Numbered from the stretch's first letter, positions 1 through 12,809 are shown. The stretch: DNA of 64,000 bases from Octopus sinensis (GCF_006345805.1 NC_043000.1:119660001-119724000); one strand, 5' to 3'. The notes: generated by a model not told the origin, from the sequence alone. Translations and numbers: made by a program.

Positions 1-544
1 TCTTTCTCTTTTCTCTTCCTCTTCTTCTTCCATTATAACTGAAATAAAATTAATCTAATCCATGTCTGGATTTTCTCCTTGTGGATTTCAGAGTTTCACA
101 AGTGCTCATTGTAAATTGATGTTTGTTTTTCTTAATGTGTCTAATGGAATCTCCAAAGTGGATTCAAATTTAGTGCTATCAAATGCCAACCATAATAGTG
201 AATATACCTGATCATCAAATAAATGTACTTTACGATTTTGGCTTGTTACTTCATATACTAAATATATTTCCTTTTATTGAAGCCAGACTTGTTGAAGAGC
301 TGTGGTTCTAAGCCAGGGTTCATATGACCCCAGGGTGGTAATTCTTAACAATTTTTTACCTATGGATCCTTTTGATTCCTATTTTACTTGGGTGGACTCT
401 CATAGCCATTTGCTGTTTAAAAAAATCCCATTATATTTTTGGAATTGAATATTATTTGGAGTTGCTTAAACTCCTAATAGTTGCTTAAACTCCTAAGTTG
501 TTGAAGAGCTGTGGTTCTAAGCCAGGGTTCATATGACCCCAGGG

Positions 545-1041
545 TGGTAATTCTTAACAATTTTTTACCTATGGATCCTTTTGATTCCTATTTTACTTGG
601 GTGGACCCCCATAGCATTTGATGTTTAACCCTTTAGTATTCACGTTATTCTGTCAAAAGTAATGCTTATTTATTCACATTGTTTTAAATTAATCCTGCAT
701 TATCTTGTAGCTTTGAGATTTTGATGAAGTAACTATTCATTTTTAGAATGATATAGTAGGGCTGGTATGATAGGCCAGATCTAGCCAATTTGAACATAAA
801 ACAGGGGAGAATATTTTGGCCGGATATAGCCGGTTTAAAATGCTACAGGGTTAAAAAAAAATTCCATTATATTTTTGGAATTAAATATTATTAGGAGTTG
901 CTTAAAAAAATTTAGATATTTGGTGTACTGAAGAAGTATAAGCTGTTTATTGTGCATAAATTTCTACAAAAATATAGGGCCATTATGCCCCCCCCCCCCC
1001 CCGACCACAAAGATTATATGGACCTTGGTTGAAAACCATTG
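545..1041. mobile_element. hAT-like MITE, interrupted by the piggyBac MITE at 629-850
   Basis: 3' end ggttgaaaaccattg; imperfect 8-bp flanks ccccaggg/ccctagga. Confidence 0.45.
629..850. mobile_element. piggyBac-type MITE family B
   Basis: TTAA-CCCTTTAGTATT...AATGCTACAGGG-TTAA. Relatives at about 12823-13610 (interrupted), 22848-23343 (interrupted), 35962-36360 and 52871-53094. Confidence 0.85.
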
Positions 1042-2044
1042 CCCTAGGAGGTCCATGTAACATTTTGTTGTTAAAATTTATGTGCCATAAATTGGTTACA
1101 CTTCTACAATGCACAACATATTTTGACAATTTTTTAATACAATTTATAACAAGAGCACTCAGGGAGCACAAACCTCCGCCAAGGCAACACTAATGTTCTC
1201 TCAACGATTAGCCAGAGATGATTTTTCAAGTGAGAATATCTGAAATAAACTCAACTGCTCTCACAAATGAGAATACTAAAAATTAACCTGATTGCTTTCA
1301 AAAATTAAGTGAAAAAACAGGAAAAATAATCCAGAATCCTTGCCTGGTACCAGATCGATCCCAAAATCTAATCAGTCACAAGGCCAAACATCCTTGTTTG
1401 GCCGAACTGTTAAGTTATGGGAATGTAAACACACCAACACCAGTTGTCAGGCAGTGGTGATAGGACAAACACAGACATATATACACATGTGCATATGCAC
1501 ACACACACATACACGTAAGGCAGGCTTCTTTCAGTTTCCGTCTACCAAATACACTCACAAGACTTTGTCAGACATCTAGGTTCCTTATAATCTCCTCTGT
1601 AAGATTCAAACACTTGAAATAAATTACATCAATTTAAAATCTAGAGCAATCTTCAGCTGCACAAATTGATGTGATGATTGCATTGTTCAGTTAAATGGAG
1701 TTGCATGAAACGATCATACTGCATTACCTCTGGATATCCTTGTTGCTTATTTTGATTTTAATCACCTTGTTTTGAAATTGTATGGATAATAACGTACTAA
1801 ATTCTGGTGCCTCAACTTAAGTATCATATTCATCTGAATCTAAATTTTTGCTGAACTCATCTACCATATCTAATATATATATATATATATGTATGTTTAA
1901 TTTTCAAGGAAAGATTTGAAGAAATAGTTACCAGGGTAGCCAAATGTCACATAAACACTTTAAGATATTATTAATAACCACATAAACATGGGTAATATTC
2001 CAAGGAGAAGTGAAACATGTTTTGGAGGCCATAAGAGAAATGGA

Positions 2045-2342
2045 AAATGGAGAGAAACGCACAAGATGTAATTTAAATCATTTATATCTCTGACATATGT
2101 TTTGATGGATACATTAAAATTAATCCCAGAGATAAAATAAGGTGGAATATTGTATCAATCATCAGGGAGGAGATTACGAATAACAATGCTCATTAATAAG
2201 CTATTTTTACAAATGTAAGAAATTATAGATTGATACAGTATTCCACCTTATTTTCCCTCGCAGATTAATTTTAATGTATCCATCGAAACATATGTTGGTC
2301 ATATAAATGATATGAATAACATCTTATGCATTTGTTTCCATT

Positions 2343-2343
<1 letters not shown>
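2045..2343. repeat. Inverted repeat (about 115-bp arms) with a hammerhead-like motif, probable Penelope-like remnant
   Basis: 2045-2161 is the diverged reverse complement of 2228-2343. The minus strand of the left arm reads ctccCTGATGAttgataca...tgtatccatcAAAACatatGTCagag; the right arm keeps GAAACATATGTT. Confidence 0.55.
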
Positions 2344-2381
<38 letters not shown>

Positions 2382-3217
2382 ATATATAAGATAAAACTTA
2401 CTTGGAAAAGGGTGCGTGGCGTTCAATTATATAATAATATAAATAATATATAAATATATGCATATATACATACATTTATGTACATACATATATATGTATA
2501 TCATCATCATCATCATCGTTTAACGTCCGTTCTCCATGCTAGCATGGGTTGGACGGTTCGACCGGGGATGTGGAAGGCCAGAAGGCTGTACCAGGCTCCG
2601 GTCTTATCTGGCAATGTTTCTACAGCTGGATGCCCTTCCTAACGCCAACCACTCTGTGAGTGTAGTGGGTGCATTTTACGTGCCACCTGCACTGGTGCCA
2701 GGCGAGGCTGGCATATGTGTATAGGACATCAAAAAAACGTTGAACACAATGAGAAACGAAAACATAAAAAGAAAAACATAGAAAACAAACTTTTTTTCGA
2801 ACAACGAAAAAACCCAGAGAAACGAGACATGTAACATAAAGAATGTTCCCCTTCATCAGTTGTCCATTTCATCTACTCCTATATATATATAGGGTGTCCA
2901 TAAATTACAGACATCACTAAATATATCCCCAATGGTTGTTATATTTTTTGATAATAGATTAGATAGGATAATGTCTGTATTACAATAACCAATAATATGT
3001 TGTGCAGCTATAGTAATATTACGACCATGAAATTGGCATTAGACTTTCTCAATCTTTCTTGTGGAACTCTAGGGTTCTGGAGAACCTTGCTTGAGAAATA
3101 CTGGCCTAGAGTCTCGTGTGTTGGAACTTATCAATTTGGTAAGTGCCAACTCATGAAACTCTTGGCCCTTGAGTCACTCTGTTGCTTCTGCTAGATATTA
3201 ATAAAAAATATATACAT

Positions 3218-3442
3218 TTACATTATTTACATTTGATGGATATTTTTCCTCATCTTGTTTGCTGTTAACACAACATTTTGGCTGATATACCCTCAAGCCT
3301 TCATCAGGTGTCTTGGAGAAATTTTGAACCTGGATTCTCATTCCTAAGGTCTTTTTCGATGTTATTATTATTATTCAGGTCACTGTCTGGAATTGAACTC
3401 AGAATTTTGGGGTTAGTAGCCTGCGCTCTTAAGCACTATGCC
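3218..3442 (-). mobile_element. Short element with tRNA-like Pol III head and a hammerhead-like motif in its 3' half (putative SINE)
   Basis: Minus strand: A-box-like TGGCATAGTGC, B-box-like GAGTTCAATTCC, then (AAT)n, then a hammerhead-like motif at 3312-3267. Flanked by the direct repeat atatatacat (3208-3217 and 3443-3452). Confidence 0.7.
3267..3312 (-). ncRNA. Degenerate minimal type I hammerhead ribozyme motif
   Basis: GACAC-CTGATGA-A-GGCTTGAgggtataTCAGCC-AAAAT-GTT-GTGTT. Stems I and II pair. GAAAC appears as AAAAT, consistent with two CpG transitions. Confidence 0.65.
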
Positions 3443-4770
3443 ATATATACATGTACTCATGTTTTGAGTTCTATTTTTCCTGTTTGCATCACCAAACCTA
3501 TATATATATATATATTTATAAAACATTTACACATAGATAAGATGTTCATAAATTATCTTTACAACTCCTACACTTTTATTGTGGAAGCTGTAAAGATAAT
3601 TTATGGACTCTGTGTGTGTGTACTTATTTATTAGGATATTGATAGTTACTTTGGAATTTCACAGGTGGTGAAGAAGCCACCAGTGGTAAGACTTCAAAGT
3701 TACTTCCAACATTATTAGAATAAAATGTTCATTGTTTTTATGCAGCTACAAATACTTATGTTATATACACACATATGCATACATATTAATTTTTCTGCAT
3801 GAATATTTGCTCTCTCTCTCTCTCTATACATATATGTATGTATATATGCTCATAATTCAGAGATGTATGCACGATACATTCACATACCCTATATAGACAG
3901 AAATAGTTTCTGCTCTATGTAACCAAAATTTTAATGTATGATATTTTTATTTCAGGTATATTATCTCTTGTCTTTTACGAACCACTCTTACATCAAAGCA
4001 AACACGGCTACTCAAAGTCTTGATCTTTCTTTCTACTTCTATGATCAAACTGAAAACAAGTTTTATCTCTTAATCCGTACTATACATATGGATTCCCCTA
4101 TCTTTTATCTTAAAACCACATCATATACGTTTTCTTCGTGTCATATATATATATATATATATGTAGTCTCTTAGATGGTTTTACAGGCTTATTTGCTTTT
4201 GACGTTTCTGACCATGTTCGCATTTTTTTTTCCTTTACTTTATAATAAATATATTCTAATATGTTTATCTTAGATATTCAGCATTCAGTGTCCTGTCATA
4301 CTTTGCCATGCCATGTCATTTTTCTAATAAGTGTTTGTGTTTTCCTTCCAAAATTGTAATGAGTTAAGTAGATCAACCATGGCTCTCCTATACTGTATTC
4401 GTTTCCTGTTATATCTAGATTGCCATTTATGCAGAGTCTTTCTAAAGCAGCTTCATCTTTATCTCGATTTGATGCTAAGGCTGGGATTGTTTTTTTCTGA
4501 AAAATCACCATCTAACCATATTTCTTTTTTCACTGATACTACCGTGTTGATGTTTGAATATTTTGAAATATTTTCCCTGAATATCAAAGGGTGGAGTGGA
4601 TCCTTTTTCTGAGGTGAGCTTGTGATTTGATTTTTCACTCCTGGTTATAGCCATTTATATCTTTTACCTTTTACTTTTTCCACTCATTAGACTGTGGCCA
4701 TGCTGGAGCACTGCCTTAAAGAATTTTTAGTTGAATGAATCAACCCCAGCACTTTTTTAAGCCTGGTATT

Positions 4771-5000
4771 GGCAGCAAGCTGGCAGAAACATTAGCATGC
4801 CGGGCGAAATGCGTAGCCGTATTTTGTCTGGTATTACGTTCTGAGTTCAAATTCTACTGAGGTCGACTTTGCCTTTCATCCTTTCGGGGTCGATAAATTA
4901 AGTACTAGTTACCCACTGGTGTCGATGTAATTGACTTAATCCATTTGTCTGTCCTTGTTTGTTCCCTCTGTGTTTAGCCCCTTGTGGGTAGTAAAGAAAT
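4771..5000 (+). mobile_element. Nin-domain-like SINE; further copies at about 15725-16190, 25432-25650, 33200-33430, 35335-35785, 36590-36800, 47683-47900, 59965-60410
   Basis: gagttcaaattc B-box followed by gtcgactttgcctttcatcctttcggggtcgataaattaagtac, resembling the Nin domain. Often tandem or nested in itself. Confidence 0.8.
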
Positions 5001-6075
5001 AGGTATTTATTCCATGGATCTCTTTTGCCAAACTGCTAAGTTACAGGGATGTAAACAAAACAACACTGGTTGTAATGCAGTGTAGTGGGGGAACAAACAG
5101 ACACACACACACACACACACACGATGGGCTTCTTTCAATTTCCATCTACCAAATCTACTCACAAGGTTTTGGCCAGCCTGAGGCTATAGTAGAAGACACT
5201 TGTTCCAGGTGCCATGCAGTCAGATTGAACCCAGAACCATGTGGCTGGAAAGCAAACTTCTTACCACACAGCCATGTCTGTACCCATCCATATTTTTTCA
5301 TCTATTAATCATATCGATGTTTGAATGTTTTGAAATATTTACTGTGAGCATCAAAAACTGGAGCAAAGCCTTATACTAAGGTAAGTTGGTCACCCGACTT
5401 TTCACTCCTGGTTGTAGTAGCTCTTTCATGTTATTGATGCCGTCTCCAAAGGCCTGGTATTACATAACCCTCTTTCTGCTCTCCTTAAAAAAAAATTTTT
5501 TTTTCTACTCTGTATCGTTATTCAAAGGAAATGAAAGAAAATTTGGAATGTTTGCATTTGAATTGTTGGAGAATAGGTTTATAGCTGGATGCTTCTGCCA
5601 TTAACTGAAATGAAAGCCTCCTCTCCTGGCAATTATTCAAGCATGAGTATTGGTATATCTTGCACCACATTTTAAATGGAACTTTTCGAGGCAGCAGAAG
5701 TAAAACTAAAATGCTGCACCAGAAGATGATAACCATTTTATTTCTTAACCAATATAAAATGTGTCTAGAATGGTCTTGTTTCTCAGATAGGTTGTCCTTA
5801 GGTTCTCGCTTTCATACTGTGAAGAACCATAGAAGCATGGGATGTGTGTTTGCATATATGTGTGTGTATAAGAAAATAGAATGACAAAGGAATTACATAA
5901 TGAACTTCAGCTGTGTGGTAAGTAGCTTGCTTACGAACCACATGGTTCCGGGTTCAGTCCCACTGCGTAGTTTCTTCTAGTATAGCCTCAGGCCGACCAA
6001 AGCCTTGTGGATGGATTTGGTAGATGGAAACTGAAAGAAGCCTGTCGTATATATGTATATATATATATGTGTGTA

Positions 6076-6575
6076 TCATCATCATCATCATTTAACATCT
6101 GTTTTCCATGCTAGCATGGGTTGGATGGTTTGACCGGGGTCTGTGAAGCCAGGAGGCTGCACCAGGCTCCAGTCTGATCTGGCTGTGTTTCTACAGTTGG
6201 ATGCCCTTCCTAACGCCAAACACTCCGTGAGTGTAGAGGGTGCTTTTTACCTGCCAGGGGTGGCTGGCAATGGCCACAATCGGTTGGTGCTTTTTACATG
6301 CCACTGGCACGGAAGCCAGATAAGGCGGCACTGGCATTGGCCCATGTTCGGATGGTGCTTTTTACGTGCCACCAGCACAGGTATCACAACTACAATTTCC
6401 ATTTGATTTTTTGATGTTGATGTACTTGACTCAATAGGTCTCCTCAAGCACAGCAGATCGCCCTACAATTCAAGGAAAGCACAGCAGGTCGTCCTGCGAT
6501 CCAAGGCACTTTGGATGGGCTGGGGCTTCTATGTGAAACTGGTGCAGGAAACAGCCATGAACTCACGTTTAGAAA
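6076..6575 (-). mobile_element. RTE 3' UTR fragment; similar fragments at about 2501-2712, 22868-23150, 28682-29045, 30292-30430 (minus) and 12838-13197, 41165-41395, 55965-56105 (plus)
   Basis: Shared (CAT)n-tttaac...ttccatgctagcatgggttgga...ggatgcccttcctaac signature. Confidence 0.8.
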
Positions 6576-7189
6576 GACAAAGGAATAAACAATTACGTTA
6601 TGAACTTCGGCTGTGTAGTAAGTAGCTTGCTTACGAACCACATGGTTCCGGGTTCAGTCCCACTGTGTGGCACCTTGGGGAAGTGTCTTCTACTATAGCC
6701 TTGGGCCAAACAAAGCCTTGTGAGTGGATTTGGTAGATGGAAACTGAAAGAAGCCCATCGTTTATATGCATATATATATGTATGTGTATGTGAATATGTT
6801 TGTGTGCCTGTGTTTGTTCCCCCCAACATTGCTTGACAAAGATGCTAGTTTATGTCCCCGTAACATAGCGGTTCGGCAAAAGAGACTGATAGAATAAGTA
6901 AAGAATAAGACCTGGGGTTGATTGGCTTGACTAAAGGCAGTGCCCCAGCATGGCCACTGTCAAGTGACTGAAACAAGTAAAAGAGTAGTGTACACAACAT
7001 ATTCATGCAAGGAGAAATGCTTAGCAGTATTTGGTTTTTTTGTTTTGAGTTCAAATTCTGCCGAGGTCAATTTTGCCTTTCATCCTTTCGGGGTCAATAA
7101 AGTACCAGATGCATATTGGTGTCAATCTAATCGACTGATCCCCCACTCTCCCAATGGTTCCCCTTCATGGCAGAATTAATAGTGAAGAC

Positions 7190-7611
7190 TATTTAAGCGT
7201 TTTATCTGCTCAAATTCATCCTAAGGTTTGTGGAACTGTTTCCGGAATGGAAACGCAATCTTTCAGGATGATAATGCACCAATTCCCACAGCTAAAGTTG
7301 TTACTGAATGGCACAAGGACATTCTAGTGAAGTTGAACATCTTATCTGGCCACCACAGTCCCCAGATCTCACTATTATTGAACATTTATGGTGCATTTTA
7401 GAAAAACAAGTAAGGAGTCGATATCCACCACCATCATCACTACAAGAACTGGAGACTTTTTTAGCTGAAGAATGGACAAAAATTCCTTTGGAAACAATTC
7501 AAACTTTGTACCTCATAGAATTCAAGCTGTAATTACTGCCAAAAGTCCTACCCCATATTAAAATTAATTTATTTGAAATTTTAAGGTAAATCCGTTATTT
7601 TGTCCAACCCC

Positions 7612-7613
<2 letters not shown>
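7190..7613 (+). mobile_element. Tc1-family transposase 3' fragment with terminal inverted repeat remnant
   Basis: FQDDNAP, then WPPQSPDLTIIEHLWCILEKQV (DD34E-type motifs); ends ttttgtccaacccctg. Confidence 0.88.
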
Positions 7614-7685
<72 letters not shown>

Positions 7686-8884
7686 TACATACATACATAC
7701 ATATATGGGTCTGGTGCATCCTACTGGCTTGCTAGTCCTCAGTCAAACTGTCCAACCCATGCTAGCGAGGAAAGCAGATGTTAAATGATGATGATAGTAA
7801 TGATATATACACATACATATATATATTTCTACACACACACACATATATATATACATACAAATACATACATACATACAGATATACATACACACAAATACAT
7901 ATAGATACACACACACACGCATCGATTCTTTTATATTGTCTTGAAGTGAATACTCCACTCCATGGCTGCTGCTGCTGCAGCATTCTGTCAAACACAGCAA
8001 CTGATATCTTTATTGCTCTGCTGTGGACCATTTTAACAGCATATCATCTCAGGTTAAAGAAATTATATCCTGAATAGCTGAAAACTTACCTCCTCCTCTT
8101 GTTTTTCTTTATTGTTCTGTTTTGTTCTTATAATCTGCAACAGTCTAAGATTTCTCAAATGATTACAGGCTGTAGATTTCATATTTCAGAACTGTTCTTT
8201 TTTTTTTTTTTCTTTTTTTCTTTGACCATTATTAATGGTTGAATGAGTTTTTTTTTTTTGGAAGAAGTTAATCAAGTAAGAAATAGGCCACAACGCATCC
8301 AGCTTTGTTTCCTGCAACAACCTGGGGCATCTTAATTCATACTTGATAATTCATGAATTATTATATAAATCTCAAAGCTGATTGTCCTCATTGATAAAAA
8401 GTTACACATTAGTCTTTTAGTAGAAGTCATAGATTTAGCCAGTCAGCATCATCATCATCACATGAGTAATGATGACTGATGAAGCAATTGACCAATCACC
8501 ATTGCTGTATTATTATGGGCTTGAAGGCATCTTAGAGAAAGGCTGTTTGTATTATATATTCTGTTCCTTTGGCAAAAAAAACAAATTTGTTGCATTTAGT
8601 AATGACAGCTGAAATGATTAGTTTTGGCACAACCGTTTTGGTGCTGCCTACTTGGCATTACTCTTTTATTCTTTTACTTGTTTCAGTCATTTGACTGTGG
8701 CCATGCTGGAGCACCACCTTTAGTCGAGAAAATCGACCCCAGGACTTATTCTTTGTAAGCCTAGTACTTATTCTATTGGTCTGTTTTGCCAAACCGCTAC
8801 ATTACGGGGACCTAAACACACCAGCATTGGTTGTCAAGCGATGTTGGGGGCACAAACACACACACACACACATATATATAAGAA

Positions 8885-10197
8885 AAGTATGATGCTCCAC
8901 CTCCTAAACACAGCCTCTATCTCTGATTCCCAACATGGCTTCGTGCTGAAGAGATCATGCTTGACCAACTTACTAGTAATGGAAGAATTGGTGACGCGCA
9001 TCCTCGATGATAGTGATGCTGTTGACATCGTTTTACTGGACTTTGCCAAAGCTTTTGACTCGGTAAACCACCGCCTATTACTTGTCAAGCTTCAAGCATA
9101 TAGTTTCCATCCGGATATTGTACGATGGGTTGGTGCCTTCCTCTCAGATCGCTCCTTCCAAGTCCAAGTTAATGGTTCGCGGTCCGACGTCTCCAGTGCG
9201 AGCAGTGGCGTGCCTCAAGGTTCAGTGCTTGGGCCCTTGTTGTTCTTAGTCTTCATAAATGACTTGCCCGACGACCTCACACACAACACACCCTTCTATT
9301 TGCCGACGATATCAAACTGGTCGCTCCTCGCGGTAATATAGAGGATCTTCGTCGATGCCTCCACCAAATTTGGAAGTGGTCTAACGATTGGGACCTGGGT
9401 CTGAACGTGTCAAAGTGCTGTCATCTGCTGTCGGCTCTACTCCTCAACTCCTGCAACTCAACTTGATTTCGAGCCGGGTCGTCTGCTGCTGGAGAGGACC
9501 GATCAGGTAAAGGACCTAGGTATCTTGGTGGATTCCTCCTCCTTTCGCCTTCGGCCCAGTGCGTCCATGCTGCCAACAAAGCACGCGGAATTCTGTTCTT
9601 GATTCGACGGTCATTCGGAATGCTCACAGCAGCCATATTCCTACCACTCTATGTCACGCTGGTGAGACCCATATTGGAGTATGGGATTCAAGCCTCTTCT
9701 CCTTATCTCCTCAAAGACATACATACATGCATCTCGAAAGAGTCCAGAAGCTGGCTACCCGCATGGTTCATGGTCTCAAAAATTTGTCCTACGAAGAAAG
9801 GCTGAGGACGCTCGACCTTTATTCTCTTGAAAAACGCCGCCGCTGTAGTGATCTCATTCTCGCCCACAACATCATAAGCGGAAAGTGTAACCTCTCGAAA
9901 GAGCTGTTCTTCACTCCTGCTCCAGAGCGTCGGCTGCGGGGTCATTCCGAAAAGCTCTACCTGCGACGATTTCATCTCAATCGAAGGAGAGGAGCTTTCT
10001 CCGTCCGGGTTGCGGATCCGTGGAACAAGCTGCCAGACGAGATGGTAAAGATGCCAACGACCGCTTTGTTCAAAGCCTCCCTGGACCTCAAGTGGCCTGA
10101 ACTCTTTACATGAACACCACCCTGTACTTAACTCCATGTCCCCCTACATGGCCTTGCTATTTGCTTTTGAGCCAAATTAACTAACTAACTAACTAAC
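8885..10197 (+). mobile_element. 5'-truncated CR1-clade LINE (frameshifted reverse transcriptase) with (CTAA)n tail
   Basis: HGFVLKRSCLTNLL, LDFAKAFDSVNH, SGVPQGSVLGPLLFLVFINDLP, then LERVQKLATRMV...LSYEERLRTLDLYSLEKRR...RGHSEKL...WNKLP. Inserted in the microsatellite of a SINE that continues on both sides. Confidence 0.92.
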
Positions 10198-12234
10198 ATA
10201 CGACAGGCTTCTTTCAGTCATGTGACCAGGAAATTTCTTTTAACTTTTTTGAATCCTATTGGTTTATGGGAACATCAAAATACATAAATCATTGTAGCCC
10301 AGCTTTATAATTTTTCAGCTTTTGCCTTCTTTCACATGGAATTGCCCATATACGATAGGCTTCTTTCAGATTCTGTCTACCAAATCCACTCACAAGGCTT
10401 TGGTTGGCCCAAGGCTGTAGTAGAAGACACTCACCCAAGGTACCACACAGTGGGACTGAACCTGGGACCTTTTGGTTGGGAAACAAGCTTCTTCTGGTGG
10501 TTACATAATAAGTGATTTGACATCACAATGATTAATTCATTCTCACTGCTGTAATGATGTTGCCGATTGGCTTAATGTAATGTTTCTGATAAAATACAGA
10601 AAGCAAGATTAGAAAATATTTTTTTTGTTTATTTTACAGATTAATATGCGAATTTTATTGATGGGAACAATTAGTTTTGAGATATTTTACAAATTATCAG
10701 GTGTGTTATGTTGTTCCCAGCTTTGATGCAGGAATACCTGGAAATATGCATCAATTTCATACATACTCTGTAGTCTAGAAGAAGCTGTGCCAAAGCGGAC
10801 ATCAAAGCTTGGCACAGTCCTCTGGCTTGCCAGCTTCTATTGAATCATCCAACTCTATGCGATGCCAGCATGTAAAATGGATGTTAAATGGTAATGATGA
10901 TCACACACACCCACACACACACACCCATGCAAACACGTAAACACGCACACACACACGCATGCAAACACATAAGCACATGCACACACACACATAATGCAAA
11001 TATACACACACCCATGCAAACACACTCATCCGTGCAAACACATAAACAACCCCACACACACTCATGCGAACACATAAACACACACACACACACACCACAC
11101 ACAAACACACACACACACACACACACCCATGGAAACATAAGCACACGCATACACTCATACATGCAAACACACTCACACCCGTGCAAATACATAAACACCC
11201 CCACACACACACTCATGCGAACACATAAACACACTCACCCATGCAAACACACACACAAATATACAATAGGCTTCTGCACGGTTTCTGTCTTCCAAATGCC
11301 TTAACAAGACATCAGTTGGCCCAGGGCTATGGGACTATGGTAGAAAAAACAAAAAAATTATTGGCCCAGGATGCTGTCCTGTGGGACTGAACCCAGAACC
11401 ACATAGTTGCAAAGCAAGCTTGTTAACCGCACATCTCCGCCTGCACCATGACAACAAAGTTAACGGTGTCGGTGATTATCTTCTTGGATTCCTTTGTGTT
11501 TTAAAGAGTATCTTGCTGATCTGATTTATGTGTTGATTAAAGATCATATATCTTTGAAATATAACATCAAGATGTTTGTCCTCATAAGAGTTTACTAGTT
11601 TTATGTCATTAAGATAGATGGTTTCTATGATAAAATCAATATGTTCGTTAGTGAGGAAGACTATTATTTCTGATTTTATGTCATTTAGTTAGAAGCGATG
11701 GTCATTCATCCGTTTGTTTGAGTTTGTTAATGATGACTTGCAGATACATTTTGATATATATATATATAGATATATATATATATATATATATAGATATATT
11801 CTGTTCTACCATACAGCATTGAAACAAAACACATTTTAAGTGTCCTAATATTGAGATTACAGTTTATTTACCAATGTGACAAGGATAGTAGTTGAGTTTT
11901 TTTTCATACACACACACACACACACACCACTGTGATCATCGTGACCGACCAGGCTATCAGATGTTGCTACACATCGCTGGTCACAATGCGCTTTGCATTG
12001 TTTTAGCCTTCAAATGACGCCACCCTGCTGGCTAAGTGAGCAGGCCAACAGAAAAAAGAGTGAGAGAAAGTTGTGGTGAAAGAGTACAGCAGGGATCGCC
12101 ACCACCCCTGCCAGTTCCTCGTGGAGCTTTGGGTGTTTTCGCTCAATAAACACTCACAACACTCGGTCTAAGAATTGAAACCGCGATCCTACAACCTCGA
12201 GTCTGCTGCCCTAACCACTTGGCCATTGCGCCTC

Positions 12235-12324
<90 letters not shown>

Positions 12325-12590
12325 TGTTGTGTCTGGGGAGAGTAATTTTCTTTTTGTGCCTTATAATGTAATACACTCACCGGTAAAATTTCCACTTATT
12401 TCTTATTTTTATTTTCTTAAAATTTCAATAGTCTTTCAGTTTCTGTCTACCAAATTTACTCACAAGGCTTTGGTTGGCCTGAGGCTATAGTAGAAGACAC
12501 TGTTACCTTTCAAATATGACATTTCATGTGAAACAACCTAATACAATGACATGTGAGGGTTCTGAACCAATCATATTGTCTCTTGTTTAA

Positions 12591-12809
12591 CCCTTTTGAT
12601 ACCAATCCGGCTGAAATCACCTCTGGCTCTGTAGTATAAATGCCTTGCTTTCAAAAGTTCTGAATTAAAATCTTCCACCAAACCTTAGTCACTGTTTATG
12701 TTTCTAACACTAACTTGATAACTAAATAATTTTACTTAATTCTTTGTTATATCTAAAATTAATTGAAAGAAACACAGAGTATCTCAAAATAAATATAGTA
12801 ACAAAAGGG
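12591..12809. mobile_element. piggyBac-type MITE family A (~220 bp)
   Basis: TTAA-CCCTTT...AAAGGG-TTA(G). Other copies at 22320-22539, 32508-32728 and 32760-32976. Confidence 0.85.

Noticed and set aside
1151-1380. Possible non-autonomous rolling-circle or DNA transposon fragment
   Set aside because: Looks repeat-like, but I could not define termini or a family from the sequence alone.
4600-5390. Donor-like sites ag|gtgagc and ag|gtaagt in duplicated segments as tandem exons
   Set aside because: No convincing acceptor or conserved reading frame, and no similarity to PNPT1.
8470-8510. CTGATGA followed by a hairpin
   Set aside because: No GAAA box after the stem and no stem I.
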